DNA of 64,000 nt from an uncultured Alphaproteobacteria bacterium (GTDB lineage Bacteria > Pseudomonadota > Alphaproteobacteria > RF32 > CAG-239): positions 28,093 to 92,092 of the forward strand of contig CAKQLF010000001.1 of assembly GCA_934254585.1 (NCBI GenBank). Direction: 5' to 3'. The position numbers and the translations under genes were made by a program. Position 1 is the first letter of the stretch; the number at the start of each line of letters is the position of its first letter. Below are positions 37,107 through 46,601 of the stretch, in pieces. Below the pieces are notes generated by a model. That model saw only the letters and a list, made by a program, of their open reading frames with translations. It did not search any database and was not told where the DNA came from.

Positions 37107-37136
37107 GCATTATAACTTTTTGATATAAGGCAAAAG

Positions 37137-37724
37137 ATGAAAATAATTGCGATTACAGGTTCAATTGGGTGTGGTAAAACATTCTTAACCAATATCATAA
37201 GAAATCTTGGATTTGTGGTTTATAATATGGATAAATGGGTTAAATATTTATATTATAAGCCGGCGTTTCTTAATGTGGTAAAACAAAATTTTCCTGAAGT
37301 TTTTGAGGCAGACGGCAGTTTTAATAAACGAAAATTAAGAAATTTAGTGTTTAATGACAGTAAACGTTTAAAAAAGTTAGAAGCTTTGATTTATCCGTTT
37401 TTAAAACAAAAATTATTGAATATTATTCGTAAAAATTCACAAAGCGATAAAATTTTCTTTTTGGAAGCGGCTTTGCTGTTTGAATGTAATTGGAATGTTT
37501 ATTGTCAAACGGTTATTTTGGCTGATGTCGCTAAAAATGTTCAAAAAGAAAGAGTTATGGCAAGAGATAATATAAGTGCCGAAGATTTTGAAAAAATTAT
37601 TGCCTTACAAATGGATAATGAACAAAAAAAACAATATGCCGATGTTGTGATTAATACGGATAAAACTGAAAACTTATTAAAAGTCGAACTTATAAAAATA
37701 ATAGAAGAGTTAACAAATGCGTGA
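37137..37724 (+). CDS. coaE: dephospho-CoA kinase
   Basis: P-loop ITGSIGCGKT. 195 aa. In a coaE-dnaQ pair. Confidence 0.85.
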   Translation: MKIIAITGSIGCGKTFLTNIIRNLGFVVYNMDKWVKYLYYKPAFLNVVKQNFPEVFEADGSFNKRKLRNLVFNDSKRLKKLEALIYPFLKQKLLNIIRKNSQSDKIFFLEAALLFECNWNVYCQTVILADVAKNVQKERVMARDNISAEDFEKIIALQMDNEQKKQYADVVINTDKTENLLKVELIKIIEELTNA

Positions 37725-38436
37725 AATATGTTTTGATACGGAAACAACAGGTTTAGACCCTGATACCGGTGATAGATTGGTGGAAATAGGCGCGGTCGAG
37801 CTTATTAATCATTTGCCAACAGGAAAGATTTATCACGAATATATAAATCCGGAAAGAGATGTTCCCGAAGAAGTTGTAAAAGTGCACGGTTTGGACAATG
37901 AATTTTTAAAAGATAAACCGGTTTTCAGAGATGTGGCACAATCTTGGGTTGATTTTATAGGCGATGACGGAATTTTGGTGGCTCATAATGCCTCATTCGA
38001 CTTGAAATTTATTAATTTTGAACTGAAAAAATGCGGTTTTAAAACTTATGATTGGGACAGAGTTGTTGATACGTTGGCAATTGCCAGAAATGAATTTCCG
38101 GGGGCTCGTAATAATTTGGACGCCTTGTGCCGTCGTTTTAATGTAGATAATTCAGCGCGTACATATCACGGAGCTTTGTTAGATGCGCAATTGCTTGCCG
38201 AAGTATATTTGCAGTTATTGGGAGGCGATGAGCCAAGTATAAATTTTGTTAAATCATCGGCAGAAAATTCTCAAAAACACGGCGAAAATATCAGTTTTAC
38301 GGCGCAAAACGTGCAAAAAAGAGTGTTTGCTTTATCAGAAGAAGAACAGCAGGCTCACTTAGATTTTCTTGAAAAAAAAATTAAGAACGCTTTATGGTTA
38401 AAAAATACTGAAAGTGATATAAATAATGATGCTTAA
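37717..38436 (+). CDS. dnaQ: DNA polymerase III epsilon subunit (3'-5' exonuclease)
   Basis: Exo I motif FDTETTGLD, Exo II HNASFD and Exo III YHGALLDAQLLAEVY. Confidence 0.85.
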   Translation: MREICFDTETTGLDPDTGDRLVEIGAVELINHLPTGKIYHEYINPERDVPEEVVKVHGLDNEFLKDKPVFRDVAQSWVDFIGDDGILVAHNASFDLKFINFELKKCGFKTYDWDRVVDTLAIARNEFPGARNNLDALCRRFNVDNSARTYHGALLDAQLLAEVYLQLLGGDEPSINFVKSSAENSQKHGENISFTAQNVQKRVFALSEEEQQAHLDFLEKKIKNALWLKNTESDINNDA

Positions 38437-39697
38437 CCAACTCAATAATGTTTATAAAACTTACATAAATAAAAGAATGCTTATATTATTGGCCTTGGGT
38501 TTTACCAGCGGTTTTCCTTTTTTATTAGTGTTCGGAACTTTGAGTTTTTGGTTAAAAGATTTGGATATTTCCTATACTTTAATAGGTACTTTTTCTTTGG
38601 TTAAAATTCCGTATTCGTTAAAATGGGCTTGGTCACCCATAATTGATAATGTGAAAATACCTTTTTTATATAAGTTAGGACGCCGCCGTTCTTGGGCCGT
38701 TTTTATTCAAATTTTATTGTTTTGCGCTTTGATTGCTATGGCCTTAACTAAGCCGGAAATACACACTTTATATATGGCGATGTTTGCATTGCTTGCCAGT
38801 TTTTTGTCAGCTTCTCAAGATATTGTTTTGGACGCATTCAGAGTTGAAAGCTTTGAAAATGAACCCGAAAAACAAGCATCTGGTGTGGCTATTTATGTTT
38901 TGGGGTATAGATTGGGATTGATTTTTTCAGGTGCCGGCGCAATTTATTTAGCCTCGGTAATTGATTGGTCTGAAGTGTATATGATTATGGCTTGCGGTTT
39001 GCTTGTCGGATTAACCGCGATTTTATTGGCAAAAGAACCGCAAAAATATATTTATAAAAAATATAAATTTAAGTTTAAAGACAGTGTTCTGTTTTTTAAA
39101 AATTCAATAATAAACCCTTTTAAGGATTTTATTAAACATCAGCATTGGTATTGGATATTATTTTTTATTTTTACATATAGATTAAGCAACGCTTATTTTG
39201 CACCTATGAGTTTTCCTTTTTATGTGGATTTAGGTTTTACAAAAGCGGAAATTGCTTCAGTTATAAAAGTTTATGGTATGGTCGCGGCTATTTTAGGCGG
39301 GTTAACCGGTGGTTTGATTATTATGAAAATAGGTTTGAAAAAAAGCTTGATGTTTTTTGGTTTGGCTCAATGTTTGACAACATTTTTGTTTGCGTTGCAA
39401 GCAGAATACGGGCATAATATGCCGCTGTTTATGATTATAATAACTTTAGAAAATTTTTCTTCAGGTTTGGCCACTACGGCTCTGGTTGCTTATATATCAT
39501 CGCTATGCAACAAACTATATACGGCAACACAATATGCATTGCTGTCATCGGTAATAAGCTTATCAAGAGATATTTTTGCTTCAACAAGCGGTATGCTTGC
39601 GCAAATGGTTTCGTGGCAGGTGTTTTTTATTATTTGCGGATTTTTAAGTTTACCAAGCTTGTTTGTTGTGTGGTTTTGTTTTAAAACCGATAAATAA
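38426..39697 (+). CDS. ampG: MFS transporter, AmpG-like (muropeptide permease)
   Basis: About 12 TM segments. 423 aa. N-terminal FPFLLVFGTLSFWLKD resembles AmpG. Confidence 0.6.
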   Translation: MMLNQLNNVYKTYINKRMLILLALGFTSGFPFLLVFGTLSFWLKDLDISYTLIGTFSLVKIPYSLKWAWSPIIDNVKIPFLYKLGRRRSWAVFIQILLFCALIAMALTKPEIHTLYMAMFALLASFLSASQDIVLDAFRVESFENEPEKQASGVAIYVLGYRLGLIFSGAGAIYLASVIDWSEVYMIMACGLLVGLTAILLAKEPQKYIYKKYKFKFKDSVLFFKNSIINPFKDFIKHQHWYWILFFIFTYRLSNAYFAPMSFPFYVDLGFTKAEIASVIKVYGMVAAILGGLTGGLIIMKIGLKKSLMFFGLAQCLTTFLFALQAEYGHNMPLFMIIITLENFSSGLATTALVAYISSLCNKLYTATQYALLSSVISLSRDIFASTSGMLAQMVSWQVFFIICGFLSLPSLFVVWFCFKTDK

Positions 39698-39752
39698 GTG
39701 ATTGTCAAAAATGAAAAAATAGACTATACTCTATATTGTTTATTGGAAAGAT

Positions 39753-40883
39753 TTGAAAATGACTGAAAATAATAAAAATAAGTTTGAAACCGGAAAATAT
39801 AATAGTGAAAGTGCTGATAATATTTTAGAACGCAGCGAATCTTGGCAGGCAGTGGCAAAACAATTTGACAAGTATTCCGAAAAATCCGGTGGAAAAGGAC
39901 AAATAAGCAACGATATAATATTTTCAGGTAAAATGCTGCAAGGCGGAAGTTTTAACGGCGAAAATTTTGAAAATGCCGATTTTAGCGGCAGTAATATGCA
40001 AGAATGCAGTCTAAAAAACGCTAATCTGCAAAATGTTAATTTTACGGGAGCGGATTTGAGCGGCGCGGATTTAAGCGGCGCAAATTTAGACGGAGCAATT
40101 TTTATAGGTGCTCAGCTTATAGGTACAAATTTTACCGGTGCACATATGCACGGCGTAAAGTTTCAAAATGCCGATTTACAAGACGCGATATTGCTTGATG
40201 CCGATTTGGATAATCTTTCAATTGAAGAATTGCAGGAATTGGTTGAGTATTTGGCTAAATATTATCCGCATAAGCTTAATTTAACCAGACTTAATTTGAC
40301 TTTGCTTGATTTGAAACGTATTGATTTAACTCAAGTAAATTTACGCGGAGTTGATTTTACGGGATGTGATTTTACCGGTGTAAATATTTATGAACTTGAT
40401 TTAAGTGAATGTGTTATTTCTCCGGCGCAAATTGAACAGGCAATCGGACATATTCCAACAGCTTTGGAACTGAAGAAAATTTTGGCACCGAAAAAGAAAA
40501 GTATAAAATCAAAACAGATGGGAATCGATTTTGAAGATTTTTTTACCGGTGGAAGAGGTGGTTTTGATTTAGATACAACAAAAATGAGTCTTGATGTTTC
40601 CGGTTTGTATAAAAAAGGAAAAAATTTTGTTAAAAGTTTTACCCGTGATGCTTCCGATAATAAAATTATAGAAAATTTTGATAAAGAAAAATCTGAACAT
40701 AAAACGGATAAAAAAGAAAGTAATATTGATGAATTAAGAAAAACAATTGAAGAACATAAACGTGAAGTGTTAGAACGCCGACAAGAAGAACTTAATAGAG
40801 AATCTAAAGAAAAAATGCGTGAACAAATTCGTGAAAAAATAAATGAAAATAAAGCAATGTTAAGAACTTCTCGAGAAAGATAA
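39753..40883 (+). CDS. pentapeptide-repeat protein with charged C-terminal tail
   Basis: Tandem A(D/N)LSG pentapeptides (ADFSGSNMQECSLKNANLQNVNFTGADLSGADLSGANLDGA...). C-terminal K/E-rich region. Confidence 0.8.
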   Translation: MKMTENNKNKFETGKYNSESADNILERSESWQAVAKQFDKYSEKSGGKGQISNDIIFSGKMLQGGSFNGENFENADFSGSNMQECSLKNANLQNVNFTGADLSGADLSGANLDGAIFIGAQLIGTNFTGAHMHGVKFQNADLQDAILLDADLDNLSIEELQELVEYLAKYYPHKLNLTRLNLTLLDLKRIDLTQVNLRGVDFTGCDFTGVNIYELDLSECVISPAQIEQAIGHIPTALELKKILAPKKKSIKSKQMGIDFEDFFTGGRGGFDLDTTKMSLDVSGLYKKGKNFVKSFTRDASDNKIIENFDKEKSEHKTDKKESNIDELRKTIEEHKREVLERRQEELNRESKEKMREQIREKINENKAMLRTSRER

Positions 40884-42202
40884 TGGAAGACACTTTATTT
40901 TCAAATAAAATAAAAAGACCTTTAGCAGACAGGTTACGGCCGACAAAACTTGAAGATGTTGTTGGGCAAAAACAAGTTGTTGGTGATAATGCTCCGTTGG
41001 GGCGTATGTTAAAATCAGGTAAAATCAGTTCTTTTATTTTGTGGGGACCTCCAGGATGCGGAAAAACCACAATAGCGCGCTTGATTGCCGAATACACAAA
41101 CTTATATTTTGAACAAATTTCCGCTGTTTTTTCAGGGGTTGCCGATTTAAAGCGAGTTTTTCAATATGCACAGGAACGTAGGGCTAATCAAGGAAAAGGC
41201 ACTCTGTTGTTTGTTGACGAAATTCATCGTTTTAATAAATCTCAGCAAGATGGTTTTTTACCTTATGTCGAAGATGGTACGGTTATTTTAGTTGGTGCAA
41301 CCACCGAAAATCCGTCATTTGAATTAAATTCGGCTTTACTTTCGCGTTGTCAGGTTTTTGTTTTGAATCGTTTAACTGCTGATGATTTTGAAATTCTTTT
41401 GGAGCGTGCCGAAAAAGAAGAAGGTAAAAAGTTACCGATTGATGACGAAGCCAGAGATTTTATTAAGGAAATTGCCGACGGAGATGGTCGCTATATTTTG
41501 AATATTGCGGAAAATATTTGGTCATATGCGCAAAATGGAGAAATTTTTAATAAAGAACAAATTTTGAATATTATTCGTTCGCGAGCTCCTATATATGATA
41601 AAGGTCGCGACGGACATTATAATTTGATTTCCGCCGTACATAAATCTTTGCGCGGTTCAGATGTTGATGCGGCTTTATATTGGGTGGCGAGAATGCTTGT
41701 AGCCGGTGAAGACCCGCGCTATATTTTAAGACGATTATTAAGATTTTCGGTTGAGGATGTTTCTTTAGCTGATCCAAACGCCGTCAGCCAAGCGATTTCG
41801 TGTAGTGAAACTTATGAACGCTTGGGTTCACCGGAAGGAGAACTAGCTATTATGCAATTAACAGCCTATTTGGCAACAGCTCCTAAATCTGCAAGTGTAT
41901 ATAAAGCGATGCATAAAGCATTTGACGCGGCGCGTCAGACAGGTTCATTGATGCCGCCAAAACATATTTTAAATGCACCGACTAAGCTGATGAAAAATTT
42001 GGGATATAAAGATGGATATATCTACGACCAAGATTTGGAAGACGGATTTTCCGGTCAAAATTATTTTCCGGATGGTATGAGCCGCGCTAAATTTTATAAT
42101 CCGGTTGAGCGCGGTTTTGAACGGGAAATTAAAAAGCGTATAGAATATTTTGATAAGCTGCGTAAAGAAAAACAAGCCAAAATGAAAGAAAAAAATGATT
42201 GA
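40883..42202 (+). CDS. rarA: replication-associated recombination protein A (AAA+ ATPase)
   Basis: Walker A GPPGCGKTT and Walker B LFVDEIHRFNK. 439 aa. MgsA C-terminal domain. Confidence 0.9.
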   Translation: MEDTLFSNKIKRPLADRLRPTKLEDVVGQKQVVGDNAPLGRMLKSGKISSFILWGPPGCGKTTIARLIAEYTNLYFEQISAVFSGVADLKRVFQYAQERRANQGKGTLLFVDEIHRFNKSQQDGFLPYVEDGTVILVGATTENPSFELNSALLSRCQVFVLNRLTADDFEILLERAEKEEGKKLPIDDEARDFIKEIADGDGRYILNIAENIWSYAQNGEIFNKEQILNIIRSRAPIYDKGRDGHYNLISAVHKSLRGSDVDAALYWVARMLVAGEDPRYILRRLLRFSVEDVSLADPNAVSQAISCSETYERLGSPEGELAIMQLTAYLATAPKSASVYKAMHKAFDAARQTGSLMPPKHILNAPTKLMKNLGYKDGYIYDQDLEDGFSGQNYFPDGMSRAKFYNPVERGFEREIKKRIEYFDKLRKEKQAKMKEKND

Positions 42203-42250
42203 TTATCTTTATGATAATAGGAAAAATTAACATAAAAAAGGTGGAAGATA

Positions 42251-43180
42251 ATGTCAGGTGTAACAATTGTTAAAATAAAAGCTGAAGATGACGGAATCAG
42301 ATTAAATCGTTGGTTTTTGAGAGAATATCCGTCTTTAAGCTTGGGGCGTTTGCAAAAACTGCTGCGTACCAAGCAGATAAAAGTTGACGGCAAGCGAGCT
42401 GAAACATCTACCAGATTAACCACAGGGCAGGAATTGCGCCTGCCTCCTTTGGATAATGAAAAAGCTGTTAAAACGGCAGAAAATATAAGTAAAAATGATA
42501 CAGACTATATTATGTCGTTGGTTATTTATAAGGATAAAGATATTATTGCCCTTAACAAGCCATCAGGTTTAGCGGTGCAGGGCGGAACCAACACAACTCG
42601 TCACATTGACGGGTTTTTAGAAGCTCTAAAATTTGAGAATAATGAAAAACCGAAACTTGTTCACCGTATTGATAAGGAAACCAGCGGAATTTTATTGTTG
42701 GCGCGTAATCGTAAGTCAGCCGATGTTTTAACTAAAGCTTTTAGGGAACATAATTTGCAAAAGACTTATTTGGCCTTAGTGCGCGGATGTCCGCAACAAT
42801 TAAGCGGTGAAATTAATTTACCTTTAGAAAAAGTCGGTGAAAAAATGGAAGTTGTAAAGGGTGGTAAAAAAGCATTGACAACTTATAATGTTTTAGACAA
42901 CGCCGGCAAAAAATATGCTTTACTCGAGGCTTTTCCGCAAACCGGTCGTACTCATCAAATCAGAGCTCATTTAGAGGCGATAGGCTGCCCGATTTTGGGA
43001 GATAATAAATATTATGGTTTGGAACGCGTCCGTTTAAAAGAGGTTGCAGATAAATTATATTTACACGCATATAAAATAGATTTATCGGAAATTTATGGAA
43101 AAAATATGGTAATTTGCGCTGAATTGCCTAAATATTATAAGGAAACTTGTGATTTTTTTGGATTGGAGTATAAAAAATGA
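42251..43180 (+). CDS. RluA-family 23S rRNA pseudouridine synthase (RluC/RluD-like)
   Basis: N-terminal S4-like region. Catalytic motif HRIDKETSGILLLA. Confidence 0.8.
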   Translation: MSGVTIVKIKAEDDGIRLNRWFLREYPSLSLGRLQKLLRTKQIKVDGKRAETSTRLTTGQELRLPPLDNEKAVKTAENISKNDTDYIMSLVIYKDKDIIALNKPSGLAVQGGTNTTRHIDGFLEALKFENNEKPKLVHRIDKETSGILLLARNRKSADVLTKAFREHNLQKTYLALVRGCPQQLSGEINLPLEKVGEKMEVVKGGKKALTTYNVLDNAGKKYALLEAFPQTGRTHQIRAHLEAIGCPILGDNKYYGLERVRLKEVADKLYLHAYKIDLSEIYGKNMVICAELPKYYKETCDFFGLEYKK

Positions 43181-45003
43181 AAAAATTTTTTGTAATTTTA
43201 TTGTTGATAATCTTAATTCCTATAATTGGTTTGGTAGTATTTTTAAAATTTGCCAATTTTAATAATTATAAACCGCAAATAGAAGCCTTGGCTTTGAAAT
43301 ATGCCAATATGATTGTTAAAATCAATGGTGATTTGAAAATGGGAGTTTCTTTGAAACCGAGAATTGAATTAAATGATGTTTCAATTGCTCAAGCCGAAAA
43401 TAATAAACAAGTGGCGCAAATTGGTCAGGCTCAAGTAAAATTTTCGCTGTTGCCGCTTTTGAAAAAAGAAATTGTTTTGGATTCAATAACCACATCGGAA
43501 ACCAGTGTTTTTTATAGTGATAAAGACAGCGTAGATATTAAAAATTTAAGTGTGGCTATGAGCAGCTTTGATTCGCCGGTTAATTTAAGCTTTGATACGA
43601 TGGTTATGGGAACTCAAATAACAGGTGAGGGTGAAACATCTTCTTTTAAATCAATTCAAGATTCCGGCTATAATGATGTGACAGCAAAGCTTGAAGTTAA
43701 CAGTTTGGGATATACTTTGAATTTTGACGGCGAAATAAAAGGTATTTTGAAAGGCTTAAACGTTAAGGGAACTTATGATGTTGAATATAAAACAAATAAA
43801 ATTAATGGTGATGTTTTAGTCGATATGACCAAAGATTTGCCATATCTCAAACTTTTTGCCGGTAGTGAAAATTGGAGTTTGGCAGATTTGACGTCGGTTA
43901 AACAAGCAAATAATAATCTGTTTATTTCAGAAGCTCAAGCTTCGACTTTAATTAAAAATACACCAATTCCGTATGATAGTCTGAAAATGGCAAATGCTGA
44001 TGTTTCTTTAGATGTAAAAAGATTGGAAGTTTTGCCGGAAATGGTTTTGACTAATATTTTAGGCGATGTAAGCTTAAAAAACGGAGTTTTAAAAGCAAAT
44101 ATTAAAAATATTGACGGCGGAGAGGGTAAAATTAACGGCGGTGTAACTGTAAAAGCTAACGAAAAGTCGGCGGCAGCTTCATTGAAAGCCAATAACGTGG
44201 TTCTGCAAAAACTTTACACTTCTTTTGCTGACCAAAATAATGAAATTTTATCAGTTAAAGACGGCGGAAAAATTACGGCGGATATAGATTTATTGACCGC
44301 AGGAGTTAATACTGACCAATATTTAGCTAATTTGGGCGGACAGGCTGTTATTTTTATAGACCCTTCTGTTTTAAGAATAAAAAGCTTAGAGCGTTTGCAG
44401 GGGAATATTATTGTTCAAATTTTGAATAATCTTAAATTAAATATTGTTAATAAAGATATGAATTTGAATTGCGCGGTGGTGCGTACGGACATTAAAAACG
44501 GTGTAGCTGAATTTCCGAAAGGTATAGCTTTTGACGCCAGCGATTTTTATGTTGTGGCTGAAGGTGATGTTAATTTGTATAATGACAAAATTAATCTTAA
44601 TTTACAGCCGTTTTCCGGACGTATTAGCGATACAAACGTTTCATCGGTTTTGGGTTCATTGCTGAGTATTAATGGAACAATATCTAATCCGAGTGTGGGG
44701 CTAAATAAAACTCAAACTGCCAAAACAGTGGTTGGAATCATTGCCACAGGCGGACTTTATAACGCCGGAGATATGCTTTTAAGCGCAGATTCCTCACCTT
44801 GTCACACCGCTCTGAAAGGAACTGTATATGCAAATCATTTTAAGGCTGCAGACAATGGAGTTAAAGATGATGCGTCTAAAACTTATACGGATACAAAAGA
44901 AGTTGTTTCAAAATCTTTGGTCGACACTAAAGACGCGGTGAAGGATTTGGGAAATCAAGCCTCGGGTTTATTAAAAGGTTTGGTAAAGGATATTAAAAAA
45001 TGA
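43177..45003 (+). CDS. AsmA-family outer-membrane biogenesis protein
   Basis: N-terminal signal-anchor KKFFVILLLIILIPIIGLVVFL. 608-aa beta-rich periplasmic protein. Confidence 0.6.
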   Translation: MKKFFVILLLIILIPIIGLVVFLKFANFNNYKPQIEALALKYANMIVKINGDLKMGVSLKPRIELNDVSIAQAENNKQVAQIGQAQVKFSLLPLLKKEIVLDSITTSETSVFYSDKDSVDIKNLSVAMSSFDSPVNLSFDTMVMGTQITGEGETSSFKSIQDSGYNDVTAKLEVNSLGYTLNFDGEIKGILKGLNVKGTYDVEYKTNKINGDVLVDMTKDLPYLKLFAGSENWSLADLTSVKQANNNLFISEAQASTLIKNTPIPYDSLKMANADVSLDVKRLEVLPEMVLTNILGDVSLKNGVLKANIKNIDGGEGKINGGVTVKANEKSAAASLKANNVVLQKLYTSFADQNNEILSVKDGGKITADIDLLTAGVNTDQYLANLGGQAVIFIDPSVLRIKSLERLQGNIIVQILNNLKLNIVNKDMNLNCAVVRTDIKNGVAEFPKGIAFDASDFYVVAEGDVNLYNDKINLNLQPFSGRISDTNVSSVLGSLLSINGTISNPSVGLNKTQTAKTVVGIIATGGLYNAGDMLLSADSSPCHTALKGTVYANHFKAADNGVKDDASKTYTDTKEVVSKSLVDTKDAVKDLGNQASGLLKGLVKDIKK

Positions 45004-45500
45004 TAGATTTTAAACAAGCTGAAAAAGATATTAAAGAGCATCACTCTGAAGTTATTGAAAAACTTGTTGAATTTTCATTTACTGATGTCATTTTATTTTG
45101 GAGTGCAAATGAAGATGTTAAAAAATTGCAAGCCGAGCAATGGCTTCCGGTTTTAAAATGGCTTAACAATCGTTTTAAGATAACACTCAAAGAAACCGAT
45201 GGTTTAACGCCACTTCCGCAAAATGAAAATAATCGCGCTGTATTTACACAAATTTTAGAAAAAATGAGTTTGAAAACTCTTACGGCGTATTATTTGGCGG
45301 CGGTACGTTTGAAATCTCCGCTGCTGGCTCTGGCCTTTGCCGAAAAGAAAATATCGGCAGCAGAAGCCTTTGATTTAGCATATTTGGAAGAGCTTTATCA
45401 AAGTAAATCGTGGGGTGTAGATGAGGAAGCCGAACAGGGGCGGCAATGCCTTAAAAAAGAACTTCTGGAAATAGAAGATTTTTTGCACGGTAAAAATTGA
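45000..45500 (+). CDS. ATP12-family F1-ATPase assembly chaperone (short form)
   Basis: C-terminal LALAFAEKKISAAEAFDLAYLEELYQSKSWGVDEEAEQ matches the ATP12 C-terminal signature. Overlaps the upstream stop by 4 nt. Confidence 0.45.
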   Translation: MIDFKQAEKDIKEHHSEVIEKLVEFSFTDVILFWSANEDVKKLQAEQWLPVLKWLNNRFKITLKETDGLTPLPQNENNRAVFTQILEKMSLKTLTAYYLAAVRLKSPLLALAFAEKKISAAEAFDLAYLEELYQSKSWGVDEEAEQGRQCLKKELLEIEDFLHGKN

Positions 45501-45781
45501 TGCAGCAATGTTATATAATAAGCGGCAGAGTTCAGGGCGTTGGATTTCGCTTTTGGACTCTGCGGCGAGTTAAAGAAATCGGAGAAATTTCCGGTTATGT
45601 TTGTAACTTGTCAAACGGAGATGTTTTGGTGTTGGCGGCCGGTAAGGAAGACAATATTCAACAATTGGAGCAGGCTTTACATAAAGGGCCTGTGTTTGCA
45701 AGGGTTGATATGGTTAAATCGGCTCCGGAAATGACATCTTATTTCCCTTCAATTGTCGAGGGAGTGTTTAAACGCTTATAA
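45497..45781 (+). CDS. acyP: acylphosphatase
   Basis: VQGVGFR motif. 94 aa. Confidence 0.75.
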   Translation: MMQQCYIISGRVQGVGFRFWTLRRVKEIGEISGYVCNLSNGDVLVLAAGKEDNIQQLEQALHKGPVFARVDMVKSAPEMTSYFPSIVEGVFKRL

Positions 45782-45852
45782 CTCTTGATTAGGTTGTTAA
45801 GCTCCTCTTTAGGCTTATATGAATTTTGTGAAAAATAAAGAGGAGGCTTCAA

Positions 45853-46131
45853 ATGCAAGTAGATAAAACAGCTGAAAATATTAAATTATGCCGTTGTATG
45901 ACCTGTCCGTCGTATTCGGAACATTGTAAATTAAAAAATGCACCGGAGAATTTTTTGAAATCTTTAGAAAATTTACAAAAAATACAACATTATGAAAAAT
46001 TGTATTGCGCGTTTGAAAAAAGCAAATGTATTTATCAGGACAAAGGTTGTATTTGCAGTAAGTGTGAGGTTTATAAAAAATATAATTTGCAAAATCACGA
46101 CTATTGTTTGCATAACGGTGGAATTATGTAA
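45853..46131 (+). CDS. small Cys-rich protein (putative metal-binding)
   Basis: Strong SD agaggagg. 12 Cys in 92 aa, including CRCMTCP and CICSKC. Confidence 0.5.
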   Translation: MQVDKTAENIKLCRCMTCPSYSEHCKLKNAPENFLKSLENLQKIQHYEKLYCAFEKSKCIYQDKGCICSKCEVYKKYNLQNHDYCLHNGGIM

Positions 46132-46192
46132 ACAAATTAATGGCTTGACAACAGTAATTATAGGTGTTAAACCTATATAAATTTTAATAATT

Positions 46193-46438
46193 ATGGGTGG
46201 TATAATTTTATTTTTCTCATTTATTATCGGACTTATAATAATTTATTTGTCCTTTATTTATTTTGAAAAGTTTAGAGTTGCCGCGAATATAAATAAATGG
46301 GTTGTTTCTATACTCAACCGCTTAAAATGGGAAGCTGTTGAAAGTTTTAACGACCTAATGAAAACAGGTGTGGGCCTATTGAGTTCAGGTCTGGATTTTA
46401 CACCTGACATTTTCCCTAATGTTCGTTCGCCAACTTGA
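46193..46438 (+). CDS. small membrane protein (uncertain)
   Basis: One N-terminal TM helix. No clear SD. Confidence 0.25.
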   Translation: MGGIILFFSFIIGLIIIYLSFIYFEKFRVAANINKWVVSILNRLKWEAVESFNDLMKTGVGLLSSGLDFTPDIFPNVRSPT

Positions 46439-46473
46439 GATTATTTTTTATAATAATCTTTGTCAGAAAACTA

Positions 46474-46514
46474 CCGCATTGTTCTTCTTTTTAGGGGAAC
46501 ATTGCGGTTTTTTT
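46474..46514 (+). terminator. rho-independent terminator
   Basis: ccgcattgtt-loop-aacattgcgg followed by T7. Confidence 0.7.
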
Positions 46515-46601
46515 GTTTCAAGACATTAATAAACCCCCATTTTAGGCGAACGGTTTATCACACTTTTCAAGTGACAGTTCATTATTTGGGGGTTTATATA
46601 A

